DNA from: the human T2T-CHM13v2.0 reference genome, Homo sapiens
Direction: 5' to 3' (one strand)
Assembly: GCF_009914755.1 (NCBI RefSeq)
Contig: NC_060928.1
DNA length: 64,000 bases
Shown here: piece by piece, positions 1-12,700 of the stretch
How the letters are laid out: each line of letters opens with the position of its first letter
Position numbering within the stretch: the stretch's first letter is position 1
The notes under the pieces: model-generated
Database searches by the model: none
What the model saw: only the letters and a program-made list of their open reading frames with translations
Told to the model about the DNA's origin: nothing
Program-made: the position numbers and the translations under genes

Positions 1-211
1 TTGGTAGAATCTGCAAGTGGATATTTGGAGAGCTTTGAGGATTTCGTTGGAAACGGGTTATCTTCATATAAAATCCAGACAGGAGCATTCTCAGAAACTT
101 CTTTGTGCTGTATGTCCTCAATTCACAGAGCTGAACCTTTGTTTGGATACAGCATTTTGGAGACATTCCTTTAGTAGAATCTGCAAGTTGATATTTAGAT
201 AGCTTTGAAGA

Positions 212-228
212 TTTCGTTGGAAACGGGA
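212..228 (+). promoter_or_regulatory. CENP-B box (representative; 9 core-intact boxes in a typical 19-mer across the array)
   Basis: TTTCGTTGGAAACGGGA matches the 17-bp CENP-B box, core nTTCGnnnnAnnCGGGn. It recurs in m1, m3, m5, m7, m8, m10, m13, m15 and m19 of most HOR copies. Confidence 0.95.
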
Positions 229-1060
229 ATATCTTCATAGAAAATCTAGACGGAAGCATTCTCAGAAACTGCTTTGTGATGTTTGCATTCAAGTCACAGA
301 GTTGAATATTCCCTTTTATAGAGTAGGTTTGAAACACTCTTTCGGCACTACCTGGAAGTGGATATTTCGAGCTCTTTGAGGCCTATGGTTAAAAGGAAAT
401 ATCTTCCCATAAAAACTAGACAGAAGTCGTCTCAGAAACTTGTTTGTGATGTGTGTATTCAACTAACAGAGTTGAACATTTCTGTTACAGAGCAATTTTA
501 AAACACTCTTTTTGTGGAATCTGAAAGTGGATAATTGGATAGCTTTGTGGATTTCGTTGGAAACGGGATGACGTATAAAATCTAGAGAGAAGCATTCTCA
601 GGAACTTCTTTCTGATGTTTGCATTCAAGTCACAGAATTGAACATTCCTTTTCATAGTGCAGGTTTGAAACACTCTTTCTGTAGTATCTGGAAGTGGACA
701 TTTCAAGCGCTTTCAGGCCTACGGGGAGAAAGGAAATATCTTCAAATAAAAACTAGACAGAAGGATTCTCAGAAACTTATTTGTGATGTGTGTCCTAAAC
801 GAACACAGTTGAACCTTTGTTTTGATACAGCATTTTGGAAACACTCCTTTTGTAGGATCTGCAGGTGGATATTTGGATAGATTTTAAGATTTCGTTGGAA
901 ACGGGAGTTTCTTCATATAAACTCAAGACAGATGCATTCTCCGAAACTTCTCTGTGATGTTTGCATTCCACTCATAGAGTTGAAAACTTCCTTTCATAGA
1001 GCAGGTTTGAAACACTCTTTTTGTAATATTTGGAAGTGGACATTTGCAGCGCTTTGAGGC

Positions 1061-1077
1061 CTATGGTGAAAAAGGAA
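1061..1077 (+). promoter_or_regulatory. pJ-alpha box of an A-type monomer (representative)
   Basis: CTATGGTGAAAAAGGAA occupies the position held by the CENP-B box in B-type monomers and matches the known pJ-alpha motif CTAYGGTGRAAAAGGAA. Confidence 0.85.
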
Positions 1078-2081
1078 ATATCTTCTCATAAAAACCAGAA
1101 ACAAGCATTCTCAGAAACTTCTTTTTGATGTGTGTACTCAAGTAACAGAGTTGAACCTTCCTTTTGACACAGCAGTTTTGAAACAATCTTTTTGTAGAAT
1201 CTGCAAGTGGATATTTGGATAGCTTTGAGGATTTCGTTGGAAACGGGATATCTTCATATAAAATCTAGACAGAAGCATTCTCAGAAACTTCTTTGTGCTG
1301 TATGTCCTCAATTAACAGAGTTGAACCATTGCTTGGATACAGCATTTTGGAAAGATTCCTTTAGTAGAATCTGCAAGTTGATATTTAGATAGATTTGAAG
1401 ATTTCGTTGGAAAAGGGAATATCTCCATAGAAAATCTAGAGGGAAGCATTCTCAGAAACTGCTTTGTGATGTTTCCATTCAAGTCACAGAGTTGAATATT
1501 CCCTTTTATAGAGCACGTTTGAAACACTCTTTCTGCACTATCTGGAAGTGGACATTTCGAGCGCTTTGAGGCCTATGGTGAAAAAGGAAATATCTTCCCA
1601 CAAAAACTAGACAGAAGCATTCTCAGAAACTTGTTTGTGATGTGTGTATTCAACTAACAGAGTTGAACTTTTGTTTTTACAGAGCCGTTTTAAAACACTC
1701 TTTTTGTGGAATCAGAAAGTGGATATTCGGATGGCTCTGAGGATTTCGTTGGAAGCGGGATTACATATAAAATCTAGAGAGAAGCATTCTCAGGAACTTC
1801 TTTGTGATGTTTGCATTGAAGTCACAGAATTGAACATTCACTTTGATAGAGCAGGTTTGAAACACTCATTCTGTAGTATCTGGAAGTGGACATTTCAAGC
1901 GCTTTCAGGCCTATGGTGAGAAAGGAAATATCTTCGAATAAAAACTAGACAGAAGCATCCTCAGAAACTTATTTGTGATGTGTGTCCTCAACTAACAGAG
2001 TTGAAACTTTGTTTTGATACAGCATTTTGGAAACACTCTTTTTGTAGAATCTGCAGGTGGATATTTGGATAGCTTAGAGGG

Positions 2082-2098
2082 ATTCGTTGGAAAGGGGA
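2082..2098 (+). other. Degenerate CENP-B box in m12 (fixed in all copies inspected)
   Basis: ATTCGTTGGAAAGGGGA: the essential CGGG is replaced by GGGG. Confidence 0.85.
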
Positions 2099-2930
2099 TA
2101 TCTTCATATAAAATCTAGACAGAAGCATTCTCAGAAACTTATTTGTGATGTGTGTCCTCAACTAACAGAGTTGAACCTTGGTTTTGATACAGCATTTTGG
2201 AAACACTCCTTTTGTAGAATCTGCAGGTGGATATGTGGATAGCTCTGAAGATTTCGTTGGAAACGGGAATTTCTTCATATAAAATCAAACAGAAGCATTC
2301 TCAGAAACTTCTCAGTGATGTTTGCATTCAGCTCATGGAGTTGAACACTTCCTTTCATAGAGCCGGTTTGAAACACTCTTTCTGCACTACCTGGAAGAGG
2401 ACATTTCGAGCGCTTTGAGTCCTATGGTGAAAAAGGAAATATCTTCTCATAAAAACCAGAAAGAAGCATTCTCAGAAACTTCTTTGTGTTGTGTGTACTC
2501 ATGTAACAGTGTTGAACCATCCTTTTGACAGAGCAGTTTTGAAACACTCTTTTTGTAGAATCTGCAAGTGGATATTTGGATAGCTTTGAGGATTTCGTTG
2601 GAAACGGGATGACATATAATATCTAGAGAGAAGCATTCTCAGGAACTTCTTTGTGATGTTTGCATTCAAGTCACAGAATTGAACATTCCCTTTCATAGAG
2701 CAGGTTTGAAACACTCTTTCTCTAGTATCTGGAAGTGGGCATTTCAAGCGCTTTCAGGCCTACGGAGAGAAAGGGAATACCTTCAAATAAAAACTAGACA
2801 GAAGCATTCTCAGAAACTTATTTGTGATGTGTGTCCTCAACTAACAGAGTTGAACCTTTGTTTTGATACAGCATTTTGGAAACACTCCTTTTGTAGAATC
2901 TGCAGGTGGATATTTGGATAGCTTTGAAGA

Positions 2931-2947
2931 TTTCGTTGGAAACCGGA
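2931..2947 (+). other. Degenerate CENP-B box in m17 (fixed in all copies inspected)
   Basis: TTTCGTTGGAAACCGGA: the essential CGGG is replaced by CCGG. Confidence 0.85.
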
Positions 2948-5900
2948 ATATCTTCATATAAAATCAAGACAGAAGCATTCTCGGAAACATCTCTGTGATG
3001 TTTGCATTCAACTCAGTAGAGTTGAACACTTCCTTTCATAGAGCAGGTTTGAAACACTCTTTCTGCACTACCTGGAAGCGGACATTTCGAGCGCTTTGAG
3101 GCCTATGGTGAAAAAGGAAATATCTTCTCATAAAAACCAGAAAGAAGCATTCTCAGAAACTTCTTTGTGTTGTGTGTACTCAAGTAACAGTGTTGAACCT
3201 TCCTTTTGACACAGCAGTTTTGAAACACTCTTTTGGTAGAATCTGCAAGTGGATATTTGGAGAGCTTTGAGGATTTCGTTGGAAACGGGTTATCTTCATA
3301 TAAAATCCAGACAGGAGCATTCTCAGAAACTTCTTTGTGCTGTATGTCCTCAATTCACAGAGCTGAACCTTTGTTTGGATACAGCATTTTGGAGACATTC
3401 CTTTAGTAGAATCTGCAAGTTGATATTTAGATAGCTTTGAAGATTTCGTTGGAAACGGGAATATCTTCATAGAAAATCTAGACGGAAGCATTCTCAGAAA
3501 CTGCTTTGTGATGTTTGCATTCAAGTCACAGAGTTGAATATTCCCTTTTATAGAGTAGGTTTGAAACACTCTTTCGGCACTACCTGGAAGTGGATATTTC
3601 GAGCTCTTTGAGGCCTATGGTTAAAAGGAAATATCTTCCCATAAAAACTAGACAGAAGCCGTCTCAGAAACTTGTTTGTGATGTGTGTATTCAACTAACA
3701 GAGTTGAACATTTCTGTTACAGAGCAATTTTAAAACACTCTTTTTGTGGAATCTGAAAGTGGATAATTGGATAGCTTTGTGGATTTCGTTGGAAACGGGA
3801 TGACGTATAAAATCTAGAGAGAAGCATTCTCAGGAACTTCTTTCTGATGTTTGCATTCAAGTCACAGAATTGAACATTCCTTTTCATAGTGCAGGTTTGA
3901 AACACTCTTTCTGTAGTATCTGGAAGTGGACCTTTCAAGCGCTTTCAGGCCTACGGGGAGAAAGGAAATATCTTCAAATAAAAACTAGACAGAAGGATTC
4001 TCAGAAACTTATTTGTGATGTGTGTCCTAAACGAACACAGTTGAACCTTTGTTTTGATACAGCATTTTGGAAACACTCCTTTTGTAGGATCTGCAGGTGG
4101 ATATTTGGATAGATTTTAAGATTTCGTTGGAAACGGGAGTTTCTTCATATAAACTCAAGACAGATGCATTCTCCGAAACTTCTCTGTGATGTTTGCATTC
4201 CACTCATAGAGTTGAAAACTTCCTTTCATAGAGCAGGTTTGAAACACTCTTTTTGTAATATTTGGAAGTGGACATTTGCAGCGCTTTGAGGCCTATGGTG
4301 AAAAAGGAAATATCTTCTCATAAAAACCAGAAACAAGCATTCTCAGAAACTTCTTTTTGATGTGTGTACTCAAGTAACAGAGTTGAACCTTCCTTTTGAC
4401 ACAGCAGTTTTGAAACAATCTTTTTGTAGAATCTGCAAGTGGATATTTGGATAGCTTTGAGGATTTCGTTGGAAACGGGATATCTTCATATAAAATCTAG
4501 ACAGAAGCATTCTCAGAAACTTCTTTGTGCTGTATGTCCTCAATTAACAGAGTTGAACCATTGCTTGGATACAGCATTTTGGAAACATTCCTTGAGTAGA
4601 ATCTGCAAGTTGATATTTAGATAGATTTGAAGATTTCGTTGGAAAAGGGAATATCTCCATAGAAAATCTAGAGGGAAGCATTCTCAGAAACTGCTTTGTG
4701 ATGTTTCCATTCAAGTCACAGAGTTGAATATTCCCTTTTATAGAGCACGTTTGAAACACTCTCTCTGCACTATCTGGAAGTGGACATTTCGAGCGCTTTG
4801 AGGCCTATGGTGAAAAAGGAAATATCTTCCCACAAAAACTAGACAGAAGCATTCTCAGAAACTTGTTTGTGATGTGTGTATTCAACTAACAGAGTTGAAC
4901 TTTTGTTTTTACAGAGCCGTTTTAAAACACTCTTTTTGTGGAATCAGAAAGTGGATATTCGGATGGCTCTGAGGATTTCGTTGGAAGCGGGATTACATAT
5001 AAAATCTAGAGAGAAGCATTCTCAGGAACTTCTTTGTGATGTTTGCATTGAAGTCACAGAATTGAACATTCACTTTGATAGAGCAGGTTTGAAACACTCA
5101 TTCTGTAGTATCTGGAAGTGGACATTTCAAGCGCTTCCAGGCCTATGGTGAGAAAGGAAATATCTTCGAATAAAAACTAGACAGAAGCATCCTCAGAAAC
5201 TTATTTGTGATGTGTGTCCTCAACTAACAGAGTTGAAACTTTGTTTTGATACAGCATTTTGGAAACACTCTTTTTGTAGAATCTGCAGGTGGATATTTGG
5301 ATAGCTTAGAGGGATTCGTTGGAAAGGGGATATCTTCATATAAAATCTAGACAGAAGCATTCTCAGAAACTTATTTGTGATGTGTGTCCTCAACTAACAG
5401 AGTTGAACCTTGGTTTCGATACAGCATTTTGGAAACACTCCTTTTGTAGAATCTGCAGGTGGATATGTGGATAGCTCTGAAGATTTCGTTGGAAACGGGA
5501 ATTTCTTCATATAAAATCAAACAGAAGCATTCTCAGAAACTTCTCAGTGATGTTTGCATTCAGCTCATGGAGTTGAACACTTCCTTTCATAGAGCCGGTT
5601 TGAAACACTCTTTCTGCACTACCTGGAAGAGGACATTTCGAGCGCTTTGAGTCCTATGGTGAAAAAGGAAATATCTTCTCATAAAAACCAGAAAGAAGCA
5701 TTCTCAGAAACTTCTTTGTGTTGTGTGTACTCATGTAACAGTGTTGAACCATCCTTTTGACAGAGCAGTTTTGAAACACTCTTTTTGTAGAATCTGCAAG
5801 TGGATATTTGGATAGCTTTGAGGATTTCGTTGGAAACGGGATGACATATAATATCTAGAGAGAAGCATTCTCGGGAACTTCTTTGTGATGTTTGCATTCA

Positions 5901-8900
5901 AGTCACAGAATTGAACATTCCCTTTCATAGAGCAGGTTTGAAACACTCTTTCTCTAGTATCTGGAAGTGGGCATTTCAAGCGCTTTCAGGCCTACGGAGA
6001 GAAAGGGAATACCTTCAAATAAAAACTAGACATAAGCATTCTCAGAAACTTATTTGTGATGTGTGTCCTCAACTAACAGAGTTGAACCTTTGTTTTGATA
6101 CAGCATTTTGGAAACACTCCTTTTGTAGAATCTGCAGGTGGATATTTGGATAGCTTTGAAGATTTCGTTGGAAACCGGAATATCTTCATATAAAATCAAG
6201 ACAGAAGCATTCTCGGAAACATCTCTGTGATGTTTGCATTCAACTCAGTAGAGTTGAACACTTCCTTTCATAGAGCAGGTTTGAAACACTCTTTCTGCAC
6301 TACCTGGAAGCGGACATTTCGAGCGCTTTGAGGCCTATGGTGAAAAAGGAAATATCTTCTCATAAAAACCAGAAAGAAGCATTCTCAGAAACTTCTTTGT
6401 GTTGTGTGTACTCAAGTAACAGTGTTGAACCTTCCTTTTGACAGAGCAGTTTTGAAACACTCTTTTGGTAGAATCTGCAAGTGGATATTTGGATAGCTTT
6501 GAGGATTTCGTTGGAAACGGGTTATCTTCATATAAAATCCAGACAGGAGCATTCTCAGAAACTTCTTTGTGCTGTATGTCCTCAATTCACAGAGCTGAAC
6601 CTTTGTTTGGATACAGCGTTTTGGAGACATTCCTTTAGTAGAATCTGCAAGTTGATATTTAGATAGCTTTGAAGATTTCGTTGGAAACGGGAATATCTTC
6701 ATAGAAAATCTAGACGGAAGCATTCTCAGAAACTGCTTTGTGATGTTTGCATTCAAGTCACAGAGTTGAATATTCCCTTTTATAGAGTAGGTTTGAAACA
6801 CTCTTTCGGCACTACCTGGAAGTGGATATTTCGAGCTCTTTGAGGCCTATGGTTAAAAGGAAATATCTTCCCATAAAAACTAGACAGAAGCCGTCTCAGA
6901 AACTTGTTTGTGATGTGTGTATTCAACTAACAGAGTTGAACATTTCTGTTACAGAGCAATTTTAAAACACTCTTTTTGTGGAATCTGAAAGTGGATAATT
7001 GGATAGCTTTGTGGATTTCGTTGGAAACGGGATGACGTATAAAATCTAGAGAGAAGCATTCTCAGGAACTTCTTTCTGATGTTTGCATTCAAGTCACAGA
7101 ATTGAACATTCCTTTTCATAGTGCAGGTTTGAAACACTCTTTCTGTAGTATCTGGAAGTGGACATTTCAAGCGCTTTCAGGCCTACGGGGAGAAAGGAAA
7201 TATCTTCAAATAAAAACTAGACAGAAGGATTCTCAGAAACTTATTTGTGATGTGTGTCCTAAACGAACACAGTTGAACCTTTGTTTTGATACAGCATTTT
7301 GGAAACACTCCTTTTGTAGGATCTGCAGGTGGATATTTGGATAGATTTTAAGATTTCGTTGGAAACGGGAGTTTCTTCATATAAACTCAAGACAGATGCA
7401 TTCTCAGAAACTTCTCTGTGATGTTTGCATTCCACTCATAGAGTTGAAAACTTCCTTTCATAGAGCAGGTTTGAAACACTCTTTTTGTAATATTTGGAAG
7501 TGGACATTTGCAGCGCTTTGAGGCCTATGGTGAAAAAGGAAATATCTTCTCATAAAAACCAGAAACAAGCATTCTCAGAAACTTCTTTTTGATGTGTGTA
7601 CTCAAGTAACAGAGTTGAACCTTCCTTTTGACACAGCAGTTTTGAAACAATCTTTTTGTAGAATCTGCAAGTGGATATTTGGATAGCTTTGAGGATTTCG
7701 TTGGAAACGGGATATCTTCATATAAAATCTAGACAGAAGCATTCTCAGAAACTTCTTTGTGCTGTATGCCCTCAATTAACAGAGTTGAACCATTGGATAC
7801 AGCATTTTGGAAACATTCCTTTAGTAGAATCTGCAAGTTGATATTTAGATAGATTTGAAGATTTCATTGGAAACGGGAATATCTCCATAGAAAATCTAGA
7901 CGGAAGCATTCTCAGAAACTGCTTTGTGATGTTTCCATTCAAGTCAGAGAGTTGAATATTCCCTTTTATAGAGCACGTTTGAAACACTCTTTCTGCACTA
8001 TCTGGAAGTGGACATTTCGAGCGCTTTGTGGCCTATGGCGAAAAAGGAATTATCTTCCCATAAAAACTAGACAGAAGCATTCTCAGAAACTTGTTTGTGA
8101 TGTGTGTATTCAACTAACAGAGTTGAACTTTTGTTTTTACAGAGCCGTTTTAAAACACTCTTTTTGTGGAATCAGAAAGTGGATATTCGGATGGCTCTGA
8201 GGATTTCGTTGGAAGCGGGATTACGTATAAAATCTAGAGAGAAGCATTCTCAGGAACTTCTTTGTGATGTTTGCATTGAAGTCACAGAATTGAACATTCA
8301 CTTTGATAGAGCAGGTTTGAAACACTCATTCTGTAGTATCTGGAAGTGGACATTTCAAGCGCTTTCAGGCCTATGGTGAGAAAGGAAATATCTTCGAATA
8401 AAAACTAGACAGAAGCATCCTCAGAAACTTATTTGTGATGTGTGTCCTCAACTAACAGAGTTGAAACTTTGTTTTGATACAGCATTTTGGAAACACTCTT
8501 TTGTAGAATCTGCAGGTGGATATTTGGATAGCTTAGAGGGATTCGTTGGAAAGGGGATATCTTCATATAAAATCTAGACAGAAGCATTCTCAGAAACTTA
8601 TTTGTGATGTGTGTCCTCAACTAACAGAGTTGAACCTTGGTTTCGATACAGCATTTTGGAAACACTCCTTTTGTAGAATCTGCAGGTGGATATGTGGATA
8701 GCTCTGAAGATTTCGTTGGAAACGGGAATTTCTTCATATAAAATCAAACAGAAGCATTCTCAGAAACTTCTCAGTGATGTTTGCATTCAGCTCATGGAGT
8801 TGAACACTTCCTTTCATAGAGCCGGTTTGAAACACTCTTTCTGCACTACCTGGAAGAGGACATTTCGAGCGCTTTGAGTCCTATGGTGAAAAAGGAAATA

Positions 8901-9776
8901 TCTTCTCATAAAAACCAGAAAGAAGCATTCTCAGAAACTTCTTTGTGTTGTGTGTACTCATGTAACAGTGTTGAACCATCCTTTTGACAGAGCAGTTTTG
9001 AAACACTCTTTTTGTAGAATCTGCAAGTGGATATTTGGATAGCTTTGAGGATTTCGTTGGAAACGGGATGACATATAATATCTAGAGAGAAGCATTCTCA
9101 GGAACTTCTTTGTGATGTTTGCATTCAAGTCACAGAATTGAACATTCCCTTTCATAGAGCAGGTTTGAAACACTCTTTCTCTAGTATCTGGAAGTGGGCA
9201 TTTCAAGCGCTTTCAGGCCTATGGAGAGAAAGGAAATACCTTCAAATAAAAACTAGACAGAAGCATTCTCAGAAACTTATTTGTGATGTGTGTCCTCAAC
9301 TAACAGAGTTGAACCTTTGTTTTGATACAGCATTTTGGAAACACTCCTTTTGTAGAATCTGCAGGTGGATATTTGGATAGCTTTGAAGATTTCGTTGGAA
9401 ACCGGAATATCTTCATATAAAATCAAGACAGAAGCATTCTCGGAAACATCTCTGTGATGTTTGCATTCAACTCAGTAGAGTTGAACACTTCCTTTCATAG
9501 AGCAGGTTTGAAACACTCTTTCTGCACTACCTGGAAGCGGACATTTCGAGCGCTTTGAGGCCTATGGTGAAAAAGGAAATATCTTCTCATAAAAACCAGA
9601 AAGAAGCATTCTCAGAAACTTCTTTGTGTTGTGTGTACTCAAGTAACAGTGTTGAACCTTCCTTTTGACACAGCAGTTTTGAAACACTCTTTTGGTAGAA
9701 TCTGCAAGTGGATATTTGGATAGCTTTGAGGATTTCGTTGGAAACGGGTTATCTTCATATAAAATCCAGACAGGAG

Positions 9777-12700
9777 CATTCTCAGAAACTTCTTTGTGCT
9801 GTATGTCCTCATTTCACAGAGCTGAACCTTTGTTTGGATACTGCATTTTGGAGACATTCCTTTAGTAGAATCTGCAAGTTGATATTTAGATAGCTTTGAA
9901 GAATTCGTTGGAAACGGGTTATCTTCATATAAAATCCAGACAGGAGCATTCTCAGAAACTTCTTTGTGCTGTATGTCCTCAATTCACAGAGCTGAACCTT
10001 TGTTTGGATACAGCATTTTGGAGACATTCCTTTAGTAGAATCTGCAAGTTGATATTTAGATAGCTTTGAAGATTTCGTTGGAAACGGGAATATCTTCATA
10101 GAAAATCTAGACGGAAGCATTCTCAGAAACTGCTTTGTGATGTTTGCATTCAAGTCACAGAGTTGAATATTCCCTTTTATAGAGTAGGTTTGAAACACTC
10201 TTTCGGCACTACCTGGAAGTGGATATTTCGAGCTCTTTGAGGCCTATCGTTAAAAGGAAATATCTTCCCATAAAAACTAGACAGAAGCCGTCTCAGAAAC
10301 TTGTTTGTGATGTGTGTATTCAACTACCAGAGTTGAACATTTCTGTTACAGAGCAATTTTAAAACACTCTTTTTGTGGAATCTGAAAGTGGATAATTGGA
10401 TAGCTTTGTGGATTTCGTTGGAAACGGGATGACGTATAAAATCTAGAGAGAAGCATTCTCAGGAACTTCCTTCTGATGTTTGCATTCAAGTCACAGAATT
10501 GAACATTCCTTTTCATAGTGCAGGTTTGAAACACTCTTTCTGTAGTATCTGGAAGTGGACATTTCAAGCGCTTTCAGGCCTACGGGGAGAAAGGAAATAT
10601 CTTCAAATAAAAACTAGACAGAAGGATTCTCAGAAACTTATTTGTGATGTGTGTCCTAAACGAACACAGTTGAACCTTTGTTTTGATACAGCATTTTGGA
10701 AACACTCCTTTTGTAGGATCTGCAGGTGGATATTTGGATAGATTTTAAGATTTCGTTGGAAACGGGAGTTTCTTCATATAAACTCAAGACAGATGCATTC
10801 TCAGAAACTTCTCTGTGATGTTTGCATTCCACTCATAGAGTTGAAAACTTCCTTTCATAGAGCAGGTTTGAAACACTCTTTTTGTAATATTTGGAAGTGG
10901 ACATTTGCAGCGCTTTGAGGCCTATGGTGAAAAAGGAAATATCTTCTCATAAAAACCAGAAACAAGCATTCTCAGAAACTTCTATTTGATGTGTGTACTC
11001 AAGTAACAGAGTTGAACCTTCCTTTTGACACAGCAGTTTTGAAACAATCTTTTTGTAGAATCTGCAAGTGGATATTTGGATAGCTTTGAGGATTGCGTTG
11101 GAAACGGGATATCTTCATATAAAATCTAGACAGAAGCATTCTCAGAAACTTCTTTGTGCTGTATGTCCTCAATTAACAGAGTTGAACCATTGCTTGGATA
11201 CAGCATTTTGGAAACATTCCTTTAGTAGAATCTGCAAGTTGATATTTAGATAGATTTGAAGATTTCGTTGGAAACGGGAATATCTCCATAGAAAATCTAG
11301 ACGGAAGCATTCTCAGAAACTGCTTTGTGATGTTTCCATTCAAGTCACAGAGTTGAATATTCCCTTTTATAGAGCACGTTTGAAACACTCTTTCTGCACT
11401 ATCTGGAAGTGGACATTTCGAGCGCTTTGAGGCCTATGGCGAAAAAGGAATTATCTTCCCATAAAAACTAGACAGAAGCATTCTCAGAAACTTGTTTGTG
11501 ATGTGTGTATTCAACTAACAGAGTTGAACTTTTGTTTTTACAGAGCCGTTTTAAAACACTCTTTTTGTGGAATCAGAAAGTGGATATTCGGATGGCTCTG
11601 AGGATTTCGTTGGAAGCGGGATTACGTATAAAATCTAGAGAGAAGCATTCTCAGGAACTTCTTTGTGATGTTTGCATTGAAGTCAAAGAATTGAACATTC
11701 ACTTTGATAGAGCAGGTTTGAAACACTCATTCTGTAGTATCTGGAAGTGGACATTTCAAGCGCTTTCAGGCCTATGGTGAGAAAGGAAATATCTTCGAAT
11801 AAAAACTAGACAGAAGCATCCTCAGAAACTTATTTGTGATGTGTGTCCTCAACTAACAGAGTTGAAACTTTGTTTTGATACAGCATTTTGGAAACACTCT
11901 TTTTGTAGAATCTGCAGGTGGATATTTGGATAGCTTAGAGGGATTCGTTGGAAAGGGGATATCTTCATATAAAATCTAGACAGAAGCATTCTCAGAAACT
12001 TATTTGTGATGTGTGTCCTCAACTAACAGAGTTGAACCTTGGTTTCGATACAGCATTTTGGAAACACTCCTTTTGTAGAATCTGCAGGTGGATATGTGGA
12101 TAGCTCTGAAGATTTCGTTTTAAACGGGAATTTCTTCATATAAAATCAAACAGAAGCATTCTCAGAAACTTCTCAGTGATGTTTGCATTCAGCTCATGGA
12201 GTTGAACACTTCCTTTCATAGAGCCGGTTTGAAACACTCTTTCTGCACTACCTGGAAGAGGACATTTCGAGCGCTTTGAGTCCTATGGTGAAAAAGGAAA
12301 TATCTTCTCATAAAAACCAGAAAGAAGCATTCTCAGAAACTTCTTTGTGTTGTGTGTACTCATGTAACAGTGTTGAACCATCCTTTTGACAGAGCAGTTT
12401 TGAAACACTCTTTTTGTAGAATCTGCAAGTGGATATTTGGATAGCTTTGAGGATTTCGTTGGAAACGGGATGACATATAATATCTAGAGAGAAGCATTCT
12501 CAGGAACTTCTTTGTGATGTTTGCATTCAAGTCACAGAATTGAACATTCCCTTTCATAGAGCAGGTTTGAAACACTCTTTCTCTAGTATCTGGAAGTGGG
12601 CATTTCAAGCGCTTTCAGGCCTATGGAGAGAAAGGAAATACCTTCAAATAAAAACTTGACAGAAGCATTCTCAGAAACTTATTTGTGATGTGTGTCCTCA

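Larger units (their letters stand above)
86..3317 (+). repeat. First complete canonical 19-monomer HOR unit (3232 bp); monomers numbered m1-m19 here for reference
   Basis: Monomer starts at about 86, 257, 428, 594, 765, 935, 1106, 1276, 1447, 1618, 1785, 1956, 2126, 2297, 2468, 2634, 2805, 2976 and 3148, with the next unit at 3318. Eleven are B-type (CENP-B-box position) and eight are A-type. Confidence 0.93.
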
